Shown here piece after piece: positions 41,680-49,886 of a DNA stretch of 64,000 nucleotides; positions within the stretch are counted from its first letter, which is position 1, and every line of letters starts with the position of its first letter. A program made the position numbers and the translations under genes. Where the stretch lies: assembly GCA_965207445.1 (NCBI GenBank), contig CBDBLX010000001.1, positions 32,001-96,000 on the forward strand, given 5' to 3'. The notes under the pieces were generated by a model. It did no database searches. It had not been told where the DNA came from and saw only the letters and a list, made by a program, of their open reading frames with translations. The stretch is from Nitrosopumilus sp. (GTDB lineage Archaea > Thermoproteota > Nitrososphaeria > Nitrososphaerales > Nitrosopumilaceae).

Positions 41680-43209
41680 TCAACGTCTCTTGTATGTCTT
41701 TGAGTTTTCAACAAACATGTATGCAAATGCCGACATATCAAAGTACAAATGTCCATATGCTGCAAGTGTATTATACATCATAATACCATCTCGATATCTC
41801 CATATTCCCATATTGCGTGATTTTACCTCTTCATCACTATTATGAAAATACGAGGCACGATATTCATCATCCGCATTATCTAATATCATACATAATTTGG
41901 CATCACGTGGAACATGAATCATCTTTGAGTAATGAAACTCGTGTCCCCTGAACGCATGTTTTTTACCACCCGTAATTGGCGTATACGAATCAATCATACC
42001 TTTAGTATATCCCAAGACTGGCCTTTTTGTCATTACAACACTGGGATCAAATAGTCCCACCATCTTGTGCTTTGTGCCTTTCTGTGTTGTGATATCTTTG
42101 CAAAGATACATCAACCCACCACACTCAGCATATATTGGAGCCTCATCTTCTGCTGCGCGTTTTATTGATTTCATCATTGATTCGTTACGCTCTAGTTGCT
42201 CTGATAGTATCTCTGGAAAACCACCTCCAATGTATACACCATCGCATGCAGGTAGTTTCTTATCTGACACTGGACTAAAAAATATCAACTCTGCGCCCTC
42301 ACGATATAATGCATCCAAGTTATCCTGATAATAGAAATTAAAAGAGTTATCCAATGCCACTGCAATAACTGGTTTATTACTATTTTTGGCCTTGTGCGGT
42401 ATGGTACGTGGTTTTAACGATGAGAGTCCCAAATGTTGCGGTATGGTACGATTAATTTTTTTGCGAGTAGTAGACGTTTGATTAGAAGATGCCATATGAG
42501 ACAGAGACGGCGGCAAGGGTCGCACACACGAAGATAATAAATCCAGTATACGGCTTGTATCTAATTTTATAGACTTTGCAATATCTTGTATACGCTCTTG
42601 CAATATAGTATGGTCTATAGTAGAGTCTAGTCCTAGATGCCGCTCTTTTAATTTCAAAGACTCGTCTCTGTGAATTGTTCCCAATATTGGAATATTCAAA
42701 TCACTAAATGCATCCCAACAAATATTTTGGTGTTTGTAGCTTGCTAATCGGTTCAATATTACACCCATGATTCTAGAGTTTTTTTTGAATGCCTTGAATC
42801 CTAAAGCAACAGCAGCTACTGAGCGTGCAGCCTTTGAGGCATCAACAACTAGTATGACAGGTGAGCGTGTGATTGATGAGACTTGAAAAGTACTAGCAAG
42901 ATCAGTTTTGCCATCATGTCCATCATAGTATCCCATTACTCCCTCAATTACAGATATGTCCGAATTTTTTGAGTGAGTGAGAAAGCTCTCCAGTAACCTA
43001 TTTTTACTACCCATAATCCAAGTGTCCAAATTATGTGCAGGACGTCCTGCTGCTACACCCAGATATAACGGATCAATATAATCAGGCCCAACTTTAAAGG
43101 GTGATACAGTAAATCCTTTATTTCTCAACTCGTTGATTATAGCACATGTGATGGTGGTCTTACCGACACCACTTGATGCGCCTGCAATAACCAATCGTTT
43201 ATTGCTCAT
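41680..43209 (-). CDS. cbiA: Cobyrinate a,c-diamide synthase (start set to ATG 43209)
   Basis: SGVGKTT, FKVGPDYIDP, EGVMG, ERHLGL, GGGFPE, AECGG, GHEFHYS. Confidence 0.93.
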   Translation of the reverse strand: MSNKRLVIAGASSGVGKTTITCAIINELRNKGFTVSPFKVGPDYIDPLYLGVAAGRPAHNLDTWIMGSKNRLLESFLTHSKNSDISVIEGVMGYYDGHDGKTDLASTFQVSSITRSPVILVVDASKAARSVAAVALGFKAFKKNSRIMGVILNRLASYKHQNICWDAFSDLNIPILGTIHRDESLKLKERHLGLDSTIDHTILQERIQDIAKSIKLDTSRILDLLSSCVRPLPPSLSHMASSNQTSTTRKKINRTIPQHLGLSSLKPRTIPHKAKNSNKPVIAVALDNSFNFYYQDNLDALYREGAELIFFSPVSDKKLPACDGVYIGGGFPEILSEQLERNESMMKSIKRAAEDEAPIYAECGGLMYLCKDITTQKGTKHKMVGLFDPSVVMTKRPVLGYTKGMIDSYTPITGGKKHAFRGHEFHYSKMIHVPRDAKLCMILDNADDEYRASYFHNSDEEVKSRNMGIWRYRDGIMMYNTLAAYGHLYFDMSAFAYMFVENSKTYKRR

Positions 43210-43258
43210 GTGTATGTATGATAACAATTCTAATAATATCTTGTTGTTTAGAATGTGC

Positions 43259-43807
43259 ATGGGAAAAGATGATGGACTAGTTATAGTGTATACAGGTGGT
43301 GGTAAAGGCAAGACTACAGCGGCACTCGGAATGGCATTACGTGCAGTAGGACATCAAAAGTGTGTATGTATGGTACAGTTCATCAAGGGGTCGTGGAGTT
43401 ATGGTGAGATGTACTCTTCTAAATTATTAGAGCCACAGTTTGAGATGATTGCAGCAGGAAAAGGTTTTGTTGGGATTATAGATGATCACAGTCCCCGAGA
43501 AGAGCACCAAAAGATTGCAAGGCAAGCATTAGAGTTGGCAAAAGAAAAAATACAGTGCGGCAAGTATGATATTGTGATATTAGATGAGATAAACTATGCA
43601 ATTGACCTAGGATTGGTAGAATTGACAGATGTGCTTGATGTTATAGATGCACGTGGTGGTGGTGATAGTAGCACTACAACAATAGTACTAACTGGTAATC
43701 GCGCCCCCAAAGAGATCATTGAGCAAGCAGACTTGGTGACAGAGATGAAGGAGATCAAGCATCCATTCAAAAAAGGAATAAAGGCAAAAAAGGGTATCGA
43801 CTTTTAG
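43259..43807 (+). CDS. cobO: Cob(I)yrinic acid a,c-diamide adenosyltransferase
   Basis: YTGGGKGKTTAALG, QFIKG, ILDEINYA, LTG, KHPF...GIDF. Confidence 0.93.
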   Translation: MGKDDGLVIVYTGGGKGKTTAALGMALRAVGHQKCVCMVQFIKGSWSYGEMYSSKLLEPQFEMIAAGKGFVGIIDDHSPREEHQKIARQALELAKEKIQCGKYDIVILDEINYAIDLGLVELTDVLDVIDARGGGDSSTTTIVLTGNRAPKEIIEQADLVTEMKEIKHPFKKGIKAKKGIDF

Positions 43808-43817
43808 AAACTGTTTA

Positions 43818-44672
43818 ATGTGCCCAAGACAACATAGCTACATGTCTACTGCCACAACAACAACAGATGACAATGTACCAGAACAAGGCGAAATTGTAAT
43901 TGCGACTGTCACAAAAGTGATGGATCATGGAGCATACGTGTCACTAGACGAATATGATGGAGTACAGGGATTTTTACACATCTCAGAGATTGCACCAGGA
44001 TGGATACGCTCTATTAACAAACATGTCAAAAATGGCGAGAAAAAGGTACTAGTAGTCAAAAAGGTAAATCCCCACAGAGGTGATATTGACTTGTCACTCA
44101 AGCAGATCTCAAAGGATCAAAGAAAGCAGAAACTCAAAGAGGTAAAGAGGTACGAAAAGGGCAATACACTATTACAAAATGTACAAGACAAGCTAAATCT
44201 GAGTGAGGAGGACATTACAAAATTAGAGGACAAGATATACACAAAGTTTGACTCTGTGTATGATGCGTTCATAGAGATAGGGCGTAGAGGTGAGGGTGTA
44301 GTTGAGAATATGCAAATTGATGATAAAATTGTGCAAGTTATGTTAGATGTGGCATCAAAAATCAAACTACCATCAGTTGAGATTAGAGGAGTAATGGAGA
44401 TAACAAGTAGTAGACCCAATGGTGTAGAGGTGATAAAAGAGGTATTACAAGGTGCTGCTGCAATATCAGATAACAAAGACAGTACAACAGAAAAGACAGA
44501 GATCACTTATTTGGGTGCGCCAAAATATAGACTGTCAGTTATATCAGAGGATTTCAAATCTGCTGAAAAGTCACTAAAACCAATAGTAGTAGAGATTCAG
44601 TCACGTATCGAAAAGAAAAAGGGCACATTTAGTTTTACGCGAGAAGAGTCAAAAAAGACGAGGGATAACTAG
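43818..44672 (+). CDS. Translation initiation factor 2 subunit alpha
   Basis: S1 domain (PEQGE..IATV, LHISEIAPGWI, IDLSLK) and YLGAPKY. Confidence 0.95.
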   Translation: MCPRQHSYMSTATTTTDDNVPEQGEIVIATVTKVMDHGAYVSLDEYDGVQGFLHISEIAPGWIRSINKHVKNGEKKVLVVKKVNPHRGDIDLSLKQISKDQRKQKLKEVKRYEKGNTLLQNVQDKLNLSEEDITKLEDKIYTKFDSVYDAFIEIGRRGEGVVENMQIDDKIVQVMLDVASKIKLPSVEIRGVMEITSSRPNGVEVIKEVLQGAAAISDNKDSTTEKTEITYLGAPKYRLSVISEDFKSAEKSLKPIVVEIQSRIEKKKGTFSFTREESKKTRDN

Positions 44673-44845
44673 TGCGTTTTTTATTGCGTAGATGTGTCTC
44701 ATGCAAAAAGTACACATTAAAAGTCAAATGTCCCACATGTGATGCAGATACAGTGTCAGCACATCCTGCCAAATATTCACCTGATGACAAATATGCCAGA
44801 TACAGGCTAGCATCAAGATACAACTCTGAGAGTAAGGGTGTATAG
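44672..44845 (+). CDS. nop10: H/ACA RNP protein Nop10 (not in the ORF track)
   Basis: My translation MRFLLRRCVSCKKYTLKVKCPTC...HPAKYSPDDKYARYR; conserved position after aIF2 alpha. Confidence 0.93.
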   Translation: MRFLLRRCVSCKKYTLKVKCPTCDADTVSAHPAKYSPDDKYARYRLASRYNSESKGV

Positions 44846-44892
44846 TTCACCGATTAATCACAAATACGGTGTAAAAATAATTATATGTGTAT

Positions 44893-45363
44893 TTAATCAG
44901 GAGAGTATTTACCACACAATTGCGCGCTAGCCAGTATATGTGGTTTTATTGCATCTTCTAACTGTTTTTTTGTTGTAGTGACGGGAAGATCAAGTATTGC
45001 ATCCAAGGCATAAAGCGTAAAGATGTAAGTGTGTTCTTTGTCAGGGGGTGCGGGTCCACCATACCCAGTAGTTCCAAAGTCCGTGACACCTTGTATTGAG
45101 CAGTTAGGCGCAGAGTTCTCTTTGATTTGAGTCGTATCAGGTAGGATATTCCAGACTATCCAATGAGACCATACTTTGCCTGCAGGTTTCATAGCATCAG
45201 GATCATCCATTATCAGAGCAAGTGATTTTGCATCAGAGGGAATACCAGTGAATGAGAGTTGTGGACTATGATTGTCGTTTTTGTATCCATGTTTTTTTGG
45301 AATCTGTCCATTGTTCTCAAACGCATCACTTGTTATTGTGATATGTGTCATATATGATATCAC
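44893..45363 (-). CDS. YbhB/YbcL (PEBP) family protein
   Basis: LIMDDPDA, HWIVWNI, GYGGPAPP, HTYIFTLYALD. Confidence 0.92.
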   Translation of the reverse strand: MISYMTHITITSDAFENNGQIPKKHGYKNDNHSPQLSFTGIPSDAKSLALIMDDPDAMKPAGKVWSHWIVWNILPDTTQIKENSAPNCSIQGVTDFGTTGYGGPAPPDKEHTYIFTLYALDAILDLPVTTTKKQLEDAIKPHILASAQLCGKYSPD

Positions 45364-45401
45364 AGAGTACTAAAATTAAGGGTTTCTTTTATTAAATAGC
45401 A

Positions 45402-45791
45402 TCATACATGAGACTCTAAAACAATATTATCATTTGAAAATGACATTATTGTGCACCCACACCCTACAAGTATTCGTTTTAGCTGTCTGTCCATTGTCGC
45501 TACTATGAGATTACCATCATGTCTTTGCGTGTAAGAGATGATTGCATCATCTGCATTAATAATATTGTCAGATATCGATATGGTTTCAAATCCTTTGATG
45601 TATGATAATGTCTGTTTTGCATCTTCTTGCTTGGTATCGTTGTGCTTTGATATATGAATTAATTCGTCTAAAACTACACGTGGGACTACAAACGATACAT
45701 CACCTATCTCTTGGCCTAGTCTGTCAATGTTTCTGATTCGCCTAGTGGCCAGATGCATCAAAAAGCTAGTATCACATATAATATCAGTCAA
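45402..45791 (-). CDS. PIN-domain protein (Fcf1/Utp24-like)
   Basis: CDTSFLM, VLDEL, ADDAI, VATMD; downstream of aIF2 gamma. Confidence 0.85.
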   Translation of the reverse strand: MTDIICDTSFLMHLATRRIRNIDRLGQEIGDVSFVVPRVVLDELIHISKHNDTKQEDAKQTLSYIKGFETISISDNIINADDAIISYTQRHDGNLIVATMDRQLKRILVGCGCTIMSFSNDNIVLESHV

Positions 45792-47061
45792 CTATACCTG
45801 CGCCAATCAGTCTCCACCGATCAGCTATCCTCCTGCTGATTGCAACACGGCCGCCCTCAAATACACATACAGGGCGCTTTAACTCGACCTCTATCACATT
45901 GTTATCCCCACCTACTCGCAAACGCGTTACCTGCCCAGGTATGGGCGCTGTTCCAATATTCAAGCGCAACATTTCACCTGTCTGAATGGGTTTGATCTTT
46001 ACATCCTCCGTAGTACCTACTGCTGAATCAAATAGACTGATTGACATTTTTAGCACAGTTGTACTCTGAGGGAGTGTATCAGGATGACCAATAACAGATC
46101 CTATGAAAGAGTCGCTGCGCGTCATGGATGGGTCTAGTTTAGTGCCAATTGCAACAAGTCCACCAGGTTTTACTGACTCTACAGTACCTGCTCCTGTTCC
46201 TAGTGATGTGATCTCAGTAATTAGTGGCGTGTACTGTCCTTTGCGTTTTTCAGATATTATACCCGGTTTTATCTCGATCTCATCGCCCACATTAAATACA
46301 CCCTGAGTTAAACTGCCGCCTATCACACCACCCTTTATCTTGTTTATACTAGTACCAGGACGGTTCACATCAAATGAGCGCAATACATGCATTACAGTGT
46401 TTTTGCTCTCATCACGGTCAGGTGTCTGGATAGTGGACTCTATTGCGCCAATCAACGCATCAACATTAAGTGATGATTGTGCAGACACTGGAATTATGGG
46501 TGGATTTTTCACATGTGTTTTATCTAGAAAATTTACAATGTCTTTGTGGTTTGCCAAGGCGTCTTGATATGTTAATAGATCTACTTTGTTCTGTATGACT
46601 ACAATCTGTTTTATTCCTAGTGTTTGAAGTGCTAGCATGTGTTCTTTTGTCTGAGATCTTGGAACGTGTTCATTTGCTGCAACCAAAAGGAGGGCGCCAT
46701 CCATCAAAGCAGAACCAGATAACATATTTGCCATCAAACTCTCATGTCCCGGACTATCAACAAAACTCACTACTCGGGTAAGTTCACTATTGTCGCTACA
46801 GTGATTGCATTTAGAAGTGGTAGAGTACCCACCAGGCTCATCACAACTAGCACACTTGTAAAATGCCGCATCAGAGTATCCCACACGTATAGTTATGCCT
46901 CGCTTTAGTTCTTGGCTGTGCACACTAGTCCATGAACCAGTAAGTGCTTGAATCAAAGTGGTCTTGCCATGATCAACGTGTCCGGCCGTTCCTATGTTTA
47001 CACAGGGCTGATAGCCGAATTTTTTTATGTACCAATCAGGGAGTGTGTCACGCCAATGCAT
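45784..47061 (-). CDS. Translation initiation factor 2 subunit gamma
   Basis: GHVDHGKTT, ELKRGITI, DSPGHE, QNKVD, RWRLIG. Confidence 0.96.
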   Translation of the reverse strand: MHWRDTLPDWYIKKFGYQPCVNIGTAGHVDHGKTTLIQALTGSWTSVHSQELKRGITIRVGYSDAAFYKCASCDEPGGYSTTSKCNHCSDNSELTRVVSFVDSPGHESLMANMLSGSALMDGALLLVAANEHVPRSQTKEHMLALQTLGIKQIVVIQNKVDLLTYQDALANHKDIVNFLDKTHVKNPPIIPVSAQSSLNVDALIGAIESTIQTPDRDESKNTVMHVLRSFDVNRPGTSINKIKGGVIGGSLTQGVFNVGDEIEIKPGIISEKRKGQYTPLITEITSLGTGAGTVESVKPGGLVAIGTKLDPSMTRSDSFIGSVIGHPDTLPQSTTVLKMSISLFDSAVGTTEDVKIKPIQTGEMLRLNIGTAPIPGQVTRLRVGGDNNVIEVELKRPVCVFEGGRVAISRRIADRWRLIGAGIVD

Positions 47062-47157
47062 AGTAAAAGTCGTGAATTATAGTATGTTAAGTTTGTTTTG
47101 GAAGAAGGGTATTTTATGGGTGTTTTTGTTTTTGTATGAGACAAGTAAATTTGAGAC

Positions 47158-47538
47158 TTAGGATTTATCATCAGGGCTTTCTTGTTTTTCTTCTGGGAAT
47201 TCTCCATCATACCTACAGTTAATCTGGTAAATCTCTTCGGATACTGTATTTCCACGCATAAGCTTGCGGACACGTTGTCCTTTTTCTGCTGCTTGCAATC
47301 CTACACCCTTTGAGAGTAGTACATACTTTCTAGCAGCCCCGTGTATGTCATTGCGCATAGGCACACCAGATTTATCACTACCACCTGTCAGTATGATCTT
47401 GCCAGATAACCCAACTATAGTAGCGTCAGTTTCTGCTCCTAGTTGAAGTCCTAGTAAGGGAATAGCATCAGAGTCCTTTAGCTCTTTTGAGATCGATTTT
47501 CCTTTAGAGTCAGATATGGTCACTTTGAAATTTGCCAT
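47158..47538 (-). CDS. rps6e: 30S ribosomal protein S6e
   Basis: FKVTISD, ITGGSDKSG.PM-like motif, RGN. Confidence 0.95.
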   Translation of the reverse strand: MANFKVTISDSKGKSISKELKDSDAIPLLGLQLGAETDATIVGLSGKIILTGGSDKSGVPMRNDIHGAARKYVLLSKGVGLQAAEKGQRVRKLMRGNTVSEEIYQINCRYDGEFPEEKQESPDDKS

Positions 47539-47586
47539 ATATATATTGAGAATAGAAAGCTAATAATCCTTTGCTTCAACTGGTTC

Positions 47587-47667
47587 GTAACCGTTCAACC
47601 CTTTCCCAAATTTAGGCATAAATTTACCGCCTAACGTCTGGCGCAGGTACTGGGGTTGAACGGTTAC
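47587..47667. mobile_element. 81-bp IS66-type MITE (copy 2)
   Basis: Perfect 15-bp TIRs GTAACCGTTCAACCC / GGGTTGAACGGTTAC; no TSD. Confidence 0.88.
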
Positions 47668-47717
47668 AGATATAGCAGAGTCAACATATTTTTAACACAT
47701 AAAAAAATTACAATATT

Positions 47718-47858
47718 GTGCAGATAGACAAACCAGACGACGATGTAATTAAATGCCCCATATGTGACAACATTATGACAAACATGCAAGCCTGTCATTT
47801 ACATTGTAGTAATTGTGGTGCCCATATGGACTGCTCAGACAAGGGAAGTTACTGGTGA
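47718..47858 (+). CDS. 46-aa zinc-finger microprotein (not in the ORF track)
   Basis: MQIDKPDDDVIKCPICDNIMTNMQACHLHCSNCGAHMDCSDKGSYW. Confidence 0.75.
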   Translation: MQIDKPDDDVIKCPICDNIMTNMQACHLHCSNCGAHMDCSDKGSYW

Positions 47859-48032
47859 CTAGAGTCCTGGACGGTCAGGTATGTAGTCAGCTGACATGTT
47901 AACTGCCAAGTCCTTCATAATCTCCAAATATTCATCATACTCGCGCTCAAATCCACAATGCGGACACGTCACCTTTGTGACATTATCATCCAATATAGCA
48001 ACACCGCCGCACTCTGGGCATTTTGCATCCAT
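47859..48032 (-). CDS. 57-aa zinc-ribbon microprotein (not in the ORF track)
   Basis: MDAKCPECGG...VTCPHCGFEREYDEYLEIMK...; two CPxCG motifs. Confidence 0.8.
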   Translation of the reverse strand: MDAKCPECGGVAILDDNVTKVTCPHCGFEREYDEYLEIMKDLAVNMSADYIPDRPGL

Positions 48033-48084
48033 ACATCATATTAACACTGAAGATATTTAATCATAAGTAAATAAAACTAGTTAG

Positions 48085-48158
48085 GCGGAGTTAGTTTAGC
48101 CCGGTATGACGTCAGCTTCCCAAGCTGAAGGCCGCGGGTTCGAATCCCGCACTCCGCA
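48085..48158 (+). tRNA. tRNA-Gly (CCC)
   Basis: GCGGAGT/ACTCCGC acceptor stem, TCAGC-TTCCCAA-GCTGA anticodon arm, GGTTCGAATCC T-arm. Confidence 0.95.
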
Positions 48159-49142
48159 TCATGCCAATTCCTTGATTGCTTGTTCTATAACGCCTCTATC
48201 TATTGCATTTGGTAGATATTTCAGATACAATTTCAAGTCATCACTTGCCTCTTGTCTTTTGTTTAGCTTTTCCATCAAGTATGCACGATTCTTGTATATG
48301 CGCGCAGAGCGTTTTTCATTTATTTGAATTGCCTTTGTATAAGATGATATGGCTTGCTCAAATTTGTTGCCTTTGAGATAATAGTTGCCAAGGCCATTAT
48401 GTGCCAAATACGCATTGTCATTTATTTGAATACATTGTTCATAATACTTTACACATTCTGGATTATTCTGCTCATTGTATAGAGCCCCCAACATTTGCAG
48501 TGCCGTCACGTTTTCAGGGTCCATTTGTAATGCTTCCTGTAAAGATTTCGTAGCGCTAGGTTTGTCACCTAATATCATGGCGCGTTCTGCATCAAAACAC
48601 AACCTACACGCAACACTCATCTGTGCAGATATTCTCATAGGTAGTTGAGATAACGTATCTGATGGTGCCACAATTATCATCAGTCTACCCTCCTCAGACC
48701 ATTGTACATCAAACGTATCACTTGGTATGGCGCCCTCTTGCTGCTCACCTTGCGCCGTACCTTGTTGTACATAATGAAACACCATACCTGCATCACTATA
48801 CCCAGAGACAACAGATGCATGTTGTGTTATTTCTGGATTGCCAGGAATACCAGGCAAGATAACAATTGGTGGAATGCCAGCATCAACTACAGTTTTCAAT
48901 CCCTGCATATCGGTGTGCAGCATTACACACGACAGACCGTGTCGCTCTGCTAACTCGACACCTTCAATTATAATACTGCCATCAAACCCCGGATACCTTT
49001 TGGCAGTCTCTACTGCTTCTGATACTGGTAGTGAGACATTCCAGTACGAGGCCACCACATTAATGGGTAATGGTAATGACACTAGCTCTTCTGTCACTAG
49101 TGGTAAAAACAACACATGATCATCATTTTCGTCTGTAGACAT
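48159..49142 (-). CDS. TPR-repeat protein with an N-terminal C39 peptidase-like domain
   Basis: GIPPIV...QHASVVSGY in the N-terminal domain; several TPR motifs at the C-terminus. Confidence 0.75.
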   Translation of the reverse strand: MSTDENDDHVLFLPLVTEELVSLPLPINVVASYWNVSLPVSEAVETAKRYPGFDGSIIIEGVELAERHGLSCVMLHTDMQGLKTVVDAGIPPIVILPGIPGNPEITQHASVVSGYSDAGMVFHYVQQGTAQGEQQEGAIPSDTFDVQWSEEGRLMIIVAPSDTLSQLPMRISAQMSVACRLCFDAERAMILGDKPSATKSLQEALQMDPENVTALQMLGALYNEQNNPECVKYYEQCIQINDNAYLAHNGLGNYYLKGNKFEQAISSYTKAIQINEKRSARIYKNRAYLMEKLNKRQEASDDLKLYLKYLPNAIDRGVIEQAIKELA

Positions 49143-49228
49143 ACAGTATACACAAAAAGTGAGTTATTAAAACATGTTTACTATCAGGATGTCAATACGT
49201 GTAATTATCATCATGACACCGTCATTAT

Positions 49229-49331
<103 letters not shown>

Positions 49332-49334
<3 letters not shown>

Positions 49335-49886
49335 CAACTTACAAAACCGCTCAATCATAAAGCGGCCATCTCTGCTCATCTCAGGATGAAACTGCATCCC
49401 ATACACACCATCCCTATTCACATGTTTGATTATCTCGTATGCACATGCATCAGACCCCCCCACCACCTCCAACACATTAGGCAATCGACTTATCTCATAA
49501 CTATGACTCTCATATACACTCACTATACCCTTGTCAACTATCGGCAGATCTTTGTAAACACTCACTATATTATGTGTATTTTTTTGCGGCGTATCGGATC
49601 GTTTTATGGTGCCACCTAGCGTCAATGCTAGTATCTCTGCACCATAGCATATTCCAAGCAATCGTACATCATGATATATCGCATATTTGATAACCTTAGA
49701 GTTGACCTTGTTGACCAATCGATCGTTGCGTTTGCGGCCTGATAACACTATTCCACTATACACAGACAATGTTTCCAAGTCAAGATCAAATGGTTTTATG
49801 CGTCTATACACAACATTCAAACAATCCAACAATACTGCAAGTTCGTCTGTGTAAGATGAGCCGTTATCAACAATTAGTATGGTCAA
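49332..49886 (-). CDS. Class I glutamine amidotransferase (GMP synthase subunit A-like)
   Basis: VDNGSSYT, LGICYG, SHS, QFHPE. Confidence 0.88.

Noticed and set aside
43133..43311. Apparent head-to-head overlap of cbiA and cobO
   Set aside because: Artefact of longest-ORF starts; conserved sequence begins at 43209 (-) and 43259 (+)
48085..48158. tRNA-Gly or tRNA-Gln as integration sites of an island
   Set aside because: No duplicated tRNA 3' end or integrase seen in the window
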